Positions 57,763-64,000 of a DNA stretch of 64,000 nucleotides are shown here, one piece after another (the stretch's first letter is position 1; each line of letters begins with the position of its first letter). A model generated the notes under the pieces. The model saw only the letters and a program-made list of their open reading frames with translations. It was not told the origin of the DNA and searched no databases. The position numbers were made by a program, and so were the translations under genes. The stretch lies in assembly GCA_918797485.1 (NCBI GenBank), contig CAKKNE010000003.1, forward strand, positions 3,596,001-3,660,000. The letters are read 5' to 3'. Origin of the DNA: Pelagomonas calceolata (Eukaryota).

Positions 57763-58929
57763 ATGATCCTCACGCAGTGCGCCGTCTGCGCCGCCGAGCT
57801 TGGCTTATCCTTGGGCAAGAAATGCGGCCGCTGCAGCACGCGCTACTGCGGGCCCGAATGCCAGGTGCAGCACTGGAAAGAGGGTGGGCACGATAAGCTC
57901 TGCAAACCAATAAAAAATGCAGGCGGCGCTGAACAATACCACGCAAATAACAAGTACGCGGAGGCCGTCGCGGTCGCGGCGACGGCGTGCGCGGAGGACA
58001 CCAAGGGCCAGACGTGCTACATCTGCACTCAGGCGCTCCACTGGAAAACGAAGGAGGGCCTCGTGCGCGGGTGCTCCTGTCGTGGGACAGCAGGTTTTGC
58101 GCATGTGTCGTGCCTGGCGGAGCAGGCGAAGATTTTGGTCGCTGATGCCGAGGAGAGGAATTTGGACGACAATAAGTGGCATCGGTGGCACACGTGCAGC
58201 CTGTGCGAGCAAAATTACCACGGCGTCGTGGCTTGTGCGGTCGGGTGGGCGTGCTGGAAGACGAGCTTGGGGCGGCCGGAGGCGGACTGGACTCGGCGCT
58301 TGGCGATTGGCGTGCTTGGGAACGGTTTAAACAAGGCAAAACGCCACGAGGCCGCGTTGTCCGTGAGAGAGGCCGAGTTGGCTATGATGTGGCGCCTTGG
58401 CGACTCAGAAGAACACATACTCATCACGCAGACCAATCTTGCGATCAATTACGACCTGCTCGGACGGCGTGAAGAGGCCCTGTCCTTGCGACGAAAGGTA
58501 TACACCGGTTGCCTGAAGCGTAGTGGCGAAGGACATGAACGAACCCTCCGAGCAGCCAGCAACTACGCGTCGTCCTTTACTGGACTGAAGCGCTTCGAAG
58601 AAGCCAGGACACTGTTGCGCAAAACGATGCCCGTGGCGCGACGCGTTCTCGGAGAGAATAATTTTATCACGCTTCATTTGAGGTGCAATTACGCGCAGTC
58701 GCTCTGCTGCGACGCAGCTGCCACGCTCGACGATCACCGCGAGGCCGTGGCGACGCTCGAGGAGATTGAACCTACCGCGCGGCGCGTCCTCGGTAGCGCC
58801 AATCCGTTGGCCGCGCAGATTGAGCGCGAATTACAACAATCGCAAGAGGTGCTCCGCGCCCGCGAAGCATCAGTCGACGTGACCGCTGTCTGCGCGGCAC
58901 TCGACGCGATGGCAGTTAGGAAGACATAA
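57763..58929 (+). CDS. MYND + RING-CH + TPR-like family member
   Basis: Full family architecture. Confidence 0.9.
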   Translation: MILTQCAVCAAELGLSLGKKCGRCSTRYCGPECQVQHWKEGGHDKLCKPIKNAGGAEQYHANNKYAEAVAVAATACAEDTKGQTCYICTQALHWKTKEGLVRGCSCRGTAGFAHVSCLAEQAKILVADAEERNLDDNKWHRWHTCSLCEQNYHGVVACAVGWACWKTSLGRPEADWTRRLAIGVLGNGLNKAKRHEAALSVREAELAMMWRLGDSEEHILITQTNLAINYDLLGRREEALSLRRKVYTGCLKRSGEGHERTLRAASNYASSFTGLKRFEEARTLLRKTMPVARRVLGENNFITLHLRCNYAQSLCCDAAATLDDHREAVATLEEIEPTARRVLGSANPLAAQIERELQQSQEVLRAREASVDVTAVCAALDAMAVRKT

Positions 58930-58949
58930 CTTATAGACAACTCCACGAC

Positions 58950-60707
58950 CTACCGCGCGAGCCGCTGCGCGACCATCTGCCAGGCCATCTCCTTGCCGAT
59001 GATTTTGGAGATGTCGGAAGCGGACGCGTCTCCGTCCCACCAGCCGTCTTGTTTCATCTGACGAGCCGCTCTCAGTAAAGCTTGTTTCACCTTCTCGTAG
59101 TCCTCCTCCGAAAAGTCGAGCGAGAACAAGCACCGGCCGGTCCCGACCCAAGACAAACTCAACCCTTCGGCCCTTAGGTAGTACTGGAACATCCAGTGGT
59201 AGCGTCCTGGTTGGGTAAATAAAACGGTCCAGACCGTCGTGAGGTTGTCGACGCGCATCGGTAACGATTCTTCAGCCAACACCTTATTCACAGAATGAAC
59301 CCACGCATCGGTACGAGAAGTAGCCAAGGCATACTTTTGTTGCGTTTCGGGACGCGAGACCCAGTCCAGGAACTCGGCCATGCACGCTAAGGTGAGGGGA
59401 GCCGCACTAAATGTCCCAATAACATAAGCGACGCGTAACGGCCGCGTCTCGTCGAAGCGCTTCATCAGGCGAGAGGGGCCGCAGACGACGCCGTTCGCCA
59501 GGCCGCCGCCAAGCGTCTTCCCATACACGACGACGTCGGCATTGACCCCATAGTATTCTTGGGCCCCTCCAGGAGCCATTCTGAATCCAGTATAAACTTC
59601 GTCAAATAACAATGGGACGTCATTTTTCTGACAGACTTGCTGGAGCGTGTGGAGCCACTTTTTGTAAGCATTGCCTTTCTCGGCGGTCTTTCGCACCTTG
59701 GCGTCCAATAACACGAGGTCGGAAGGTGGAGGAGACCCGGGATTCAGGCCCTGTAAAGGCGAGACGCAGACACACGCTATTTCATCACTTCTAGCGGCAA
59801 TGCATTTCAAAGCGGTGGGGTGCATGTCCTTGAGGTAGAGCACGTCGGAATTCGCTCTCTCACTCCCAGGACCGGGCTGGACGCCGTCCCACCAGCCTGC
59901 GCGGAAACGACGCCGTCGACGCGACCTTCAAGTTGAGAAATCGAAGGAAATTGACGCTGAGTCGGCGCCGTGATAAGCGCCAGCGAATTGCACGATGAGC
60001 TTTCTACGAGTGTTGAAGCGACATAACCGAATGGCGCACATGACGGCTTCCGTGCCGGACATGTGGAAGGAGACCTCTTCTTTATTTGATATAGTTTTGA
60101 GCTTCGGTAGGACGTCTGATATAATCGGATGCACGGGACCCAGGACGTTGGGACCCAACTCCTTGACGCGCGCCCAGCCTCGCTCCACGAACTGCTTGTA
60201 CTGATCATAACCGCAGACGTTGACGCCGTAGGAGCCGGAGACGTCTATCGATTGACCGCCGTCGACGTCTATCAACACACACCCTTTTGAACTTGATGTG
60301 ACAGCGGCCACTTGGTAGCGCTTCCGCGTCTCCGCCTGGAACTGGACGGGCACCCTATTGGTATCGGTGAAGCGGATGTCGCTCAGACCACTTATCAGCG
60401 TCTCGTTTAGCGCCTTGCCTCTGGGACCAGTTAACGCGTCGAACCGTTTTGAGAGTTTGTCGGCGCCTGCTTTGCGCCTCGCGGCGACCTCTTGGGAACA
60501 GCCGTCGGCGCGAAAGTAGGCGTCGCCTTCCAACGAATAGGAGACGATTAGAGGCGCCGCTGCTCTCGCGCCGTAGGGGATAGGCGACATGCAGGCTAAC
60601 GTTAGTAGTCTGCGATAGGTCCATCTTATGATACGGTAGGCGGCGTAGGCGATGAATGCGACGGCGGCGGCTCGCTGGTGCATCGGTCGGGCGGTGATTT
60701 GGTCCAT
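58950..60707 (-). CDS. Class III PLP aminotransferase (glutamate-1-semialdehyde aminomutase-like), 2 exons
   Basis: SGTEAV, FAGAYH|GWWD across GC-AG intron 59897-59968, FDEVYTGFR, YGKTLGGG. Confidence 0.88.
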
Positions 60708-61067
60708 TGGTTGTGCTGTGCTTAGTTGGCTCTGCGGTTGAGCGTTGCGGCGGCGAGTGGAGCTCGCACGGCTGGTCCTGGGAGAGCTGCGGACCTGCAC
60801 TAGCACTGCTGATGCTTAAGCACCAGTTTAAACAAGCTTTTGGGCTGTGAATGTGCTCCGCATCTCGGCTAGCGTAGTGGTAAGACACTAGAAAGTGGGC
60901 AGGCCTAGTTTAAGCGGTCAAATTGCTGTAAGAAGTGTTCATTTTGCATGCTGGACATCGATGCTGTAACACTTGCAACGCTGCGTCGCACACGAGACCC
61001 GTAGAGCACGCACCACCGATCAGCAGCTGCGCACACGCGACCGCGGCGTCGGCGCACGCGATCAGAC

Positions 61068-61886
61068 ATGGCGGCCCGCAGTGCCCTACGCCTGGCGCGG
61101 CGCGCGCGACCCGCACCAAGACTGACGCGTACTTTCATCCCCGACGCGACGCAGCTTTTGATCGACGCGCAAGCGGTCACGGGCCTGCCCTGGTACGCGA
61201 CCATTCCCTGTGCCACGCTTGCGATGAGAAGCGCCCTCGTGCCCGCTTCGCTGATAGCGCGGCGCCACGGGCGGCGCATCAACCTGGCCGCGCCGCATCT
61301 TCGCAAATTACAGCAATTGGCGGCCGAGCGGTCGAAGGAGAAGCCCGACGACAAAATAGGGACGGCGAGGTTGCTCACGACCGGCATCAATGGCATCTTG
61401 AAATTGCATCATGCGAGGCCCTCGTTTCTGTTACTTCCGTTCGCCACGACTCTCCCGTCGATGATCTATCTCGCTCTGGGCGTGCGCGGCCTGCCGGGCG
61501 ACGCTTTGGTGGAGGGCGGGTGCCTGTGGTTCCCTGATTTATCAGTGTCTGATATGTACCTCCCGTGTTTCTGCGTCGCGACCGCATATGCGAACCTGGA
61601 GCGCCAGCTCGCGGCGCCGCCGGGCAATGCCTCCATCGCCGGCGCCGCCAAGAATATTGGCCAGCTCGCGTTAATTGCGACGATGCCCGTGACGTTCGGA
61701 CTGCCTTCGGGCTTCCACCTTTTCTGGCTCTCGTCGACAGCCTTCACGGCGTTGTCGGGCGAGGCGTTTCGAGTGTTAGATAAGCCGCCGCCGGCGCCTC
61801 CTTCTTCACCGGTCGCGGCATCATCGAAGGAGGCGTCGCCGCGACCGCGACGGCGGCGCAAGGGCAAAAAAAAGCGCCGTTCCTAG
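61068..61886 (+). CDS. Oxa1/Cox18/YidC-family membrane insertase
   Basis: TGLPWYATI..TLAMR, GGCLWFPDLS..D..LP, PSGFHLFW. Confidence 0.85.
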   Translation: MAARSALRLARRARPAPRLTRTFIPDATQLLIDAQAVTGLPWYATIPCATLAMRSALVPASLIARRHGRRINLAAPHLRKLQQLAAERSKEKPDDKIGTARLLTTGINGILKLHHARPSFLLLPFATTLPSMIYLALGVRGLPGDALVEGGCLWFPDLSVSDMYLPCFCVATAYANLERQLAAPPGNASIAGAAKNIGQLALIATMPVTFGLPSGFHLFWLSSTAFTALSGEAFRVLDKPPPAPPSSPVAASSKEASPRPRRRRKGKKKRRS

Positions 61887-62204
61887 TAAGTGTGTCTGTT
61901 GTATGTCTCGCTAGGTGTCCGAGGGCGTCTGCGGAGGCGTTCGCGCGCGGCGCCCGCGGCGTCTTCTCCCTTCGCATTTTGGCAGAGGCAGGGTGCATCG
62001 CAGCGGGCATATCGACGCGCGGCATCACCATCTATCGCATTCTGCGCTTCGCTGGGACCTCTCTGCGTGGGAATTCATCGCCTGCTTAAGCGCTAGCGCT
62101 TGCCGCAGGCCGCAAGCCACAACACCCAGGTTGACCAAAAAGAAAGCAATCGCTGCGGCGTCGGCGCGGTCGGCGCGGACCGATATATTATAGCGATAGT
62201 CGCG

Positions 62205-63995
62205 ATGGCCACGCCGCTCGCCGCCGGCAGCGACGCCACGCCGCTCGCCACGGCCAGCGAGCAGCTCCGCGCGAGCAACGGCTCGTCGGCGCTCGCCGCC
62301 GCCATCGCCGCGGCCGAAGCCAAAAACGTGCCGCCGCCGCCGGCCATGCCCTCGGTGACCGCCGGGGGAGCCGCCGCGGCGCCGCCGGCGATGCCACCGA
62401 TGACCACCCCGGGCGCCGCGGCGCCGCCCGCGGCCTCGACGCCGAGCGCAGCCGGCGGGTCGCAGGCGGCACCAAGGCCGCCGGTCACGGCGCCGACGCT
62501 GCCCTCGCTGGGCGCCGCGGCCGCCAAAGCGCCAGTAACATTAGCGCGGCGCGTCCAGCCGGCGCCCGTCGCCAAGGATTCTGATGATGACGACGACCTC
62601 GACATCCAGGCCTCGACAAAATCACTGAAAGACGCTCCTGTAGAACCGCCCCCGCCGCCCGGCAGTCGTATTACGGTGCGCTTCAGCGACGGTATTGATT
62701 ATGGCGGCACCGTGCAAAAACTGCTAGATGGAAATAAAGCATTTGTGCTGTACGACGACGGCCAGAGCGAGGCCGTGCAATTTCCTGACAGTGACGTGAA
62801 AATTACGCGCGTCGGCCCGGGCCCGCCGAAGCGCGTGCCGTTGCGAGCGAGGCTGGCGACGGCCGTCCCCCCTTCGGATGAGGATAGCGACGACGACGCT
62901 TTGGATCGAGCGGCTCTGCTGTCCAAGCCGGTGGCTTGGCCCGGCGACAAGGCGCCGTCGAAACCTCGTACGAGGGGTCGGAAGCGGCCCGTTGTCCAGA
63001 AGGACGACGATTCTTCTTCAGACGCGTTGGAGGACATTATTTGCGAGGCGTGTAAAAGAGGCGACGACGAGGCGAATCTCATCGAGTGCGACGCGGGTTG
63101 TGGAAGGTGGCGCCACCTGCGGTGCTGCGCGCCACCCTTAGATACAGTACCAGAAGTTTGGGCCTGCCCGGCTTGTTCAATGCCGAGAGAAGAAGGCGTC
63201 GCGTGCAGAGGCGATGTGGTATTTGCCAAGTTCGCGCACTACCCCTGGTGGCCCGCGACGATTCGATCCCTGAAGACGGATACTGTTAGAATCTCGAAGC
63301 AGCCGCAGCGGCGCGGCCAGCTCACCGGGGTGCATGTGGACGTCTTGTATGTTGGGAGAGACGTGAACGCGACCGTCGACGCGTTAAGGTGCGTGCCCTT
63401 CGAGAGCGGTCTCGCTGAAATGCGGAGCTACGCGCGCGCGACCAAGGGGTCCTTCGACAACGGCGACTGCCCGCGCGACGCGTTCCGCGAAGCTGTTCAA
63501 CTAGCTGTAGATAAGTGCGCGGCGCGCAAGGCCGCTCGCAACAACAGTACTGATGTAGCCCAGTACAAGCAGGCTCTCCTGGACAAGTGCGGCGTCGCGT
63601 CGAAGCTACTCTTAGTACCTGATACCGATGATGATGAGCCCGTGCAGATGACAGCGGCGCCGCCGGTGCCCTTTGCGCAACAACCTTTAGCGAGACCCGT
63701 GATCGCGCAGCCGAAGAAACGGTCGACGGCCTCGGGTCGCGAGTCCACGTCGTCGCGGGACGGGCACCTGTGGTACGCGGCGATGTTGAGGGTGGGCATC
63801 GACGAGGCGACGGCCCTGGAGGCGGTCCGCGAGCGCCTCGACTGCTCCGAGGCCTTCGCGAAGCAGGTCGTCCGGCAGAAGGCTCAACGCCGCGCGTCGA
63901 CGTCCCTGAAGACGTCGCCGACCGAGGACGACTACGCGAAGCCGCGCGTGCAGCTGCGCGCGACCTCCAAAAGGCAGCGGGGGCTGCCCGCCTAG
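62205..63995 (+). CDS. Tudor-like + PHD + PWWP chromatin reader
   Basis: VLYDDGQSE; CEAC..LIECDAGCGRWRHLRC..WACPAC; VFAKFAHYPWWPA. Confidence 0.88.
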   Translation: MATPLAAGSDATPLATASEQLRASNGSSALAAAIAAAEAKNVPPPPAMPSVTAGGAAAAPPAMPPMTTPGAAAPPAASTPSAAGGSQAAPRPPVTAPTLPSLGAAAAKAPVTLARRVQPAPVAKDSDDDDDLDIQASTKSLKDAPVEPPPPPGSRITVRFSDGIDYGGTVQKLLDGNKAFVLYDDGQSEAVQFPDSDVKITRVGPGPPKRVPLRARLATAVPPSDEDSDDDALDRAALLSKPVAWPGDKAPSKPRTRGRKRPVVQKDDDSSSDALEDIICEACKRGDDEANLIECDAGCGRWRHLRCCAPPLDTVPEVWACPACSMPREEGVACRGDVVFAKFAHYPWWPATIRSLKTDTVRISKQPQRRGQLTGVHVDVLYVGRDVNATVDALRCVPFESGLAEMRSYARATKGSFDNGDCPRDAFREAVQLAVDKCAARKAARNNSTDVAQYKQALLDKCGVASKLLLVPDTDDDEPVQMTAAPPVPFAQQPLARPVIAQPKKRSTASGRESTSSRDGHLWYAAMLRVGIDEATALEAVRERLDCSEAFAKQVVRQKAQRRASTSLKTSPTEDDYAKPRVQLRATSKRQRGLPA

Positions 63996-64000
63996 GGACT

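Noticed and set aside
62088..62101. 14-bp palindrome AAGCGCTAGCGCTT
   Set aside because: Single occurrence; no supportable function.

Overview
GC-rich, very gene-dense eukaryotic nuclear DNA, most likely a pelagophyte microalga (Pelagomonas/Aureococcus-like). This is inferred from the stramenopile-type housekeeping genes, tiny intergenic gaps and repeat-related short introns with many GC donors. About 35 protein genes can be supported, including RPS16, RPL36, glycine decarboxylase P, RUVBL2, an Hrq1-type helicase, two glycosyltransferases, an Oxa1/Cox18-type insertase and chromatin readers. The main signal is a nine-member family of intronless (MYND)-RING-CH-TPR genes, all tail-to-tail with a neighbour. 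Six form two triple arrays in which every unit is preceded by a copy of the 3' end of the adjacent housekeeping gene. In one array the extra copies differ only at synonymous sites, suggesting cassettes gained by 3'-end-replacement recombination from divergent haplotypes. Other signals: an oriented CTAG-N-CTAG motif upstream of about 15 genes, at least 15 introns with several sharing introner-like blocks, a ~136-bp inverted repeat enclosing an IN-box/SUMO-like gene, and an unlisted twin-Cx9C micro-ORF overlapping a GNAT start (ATGA). All calls were made by eye; no database searches were run.
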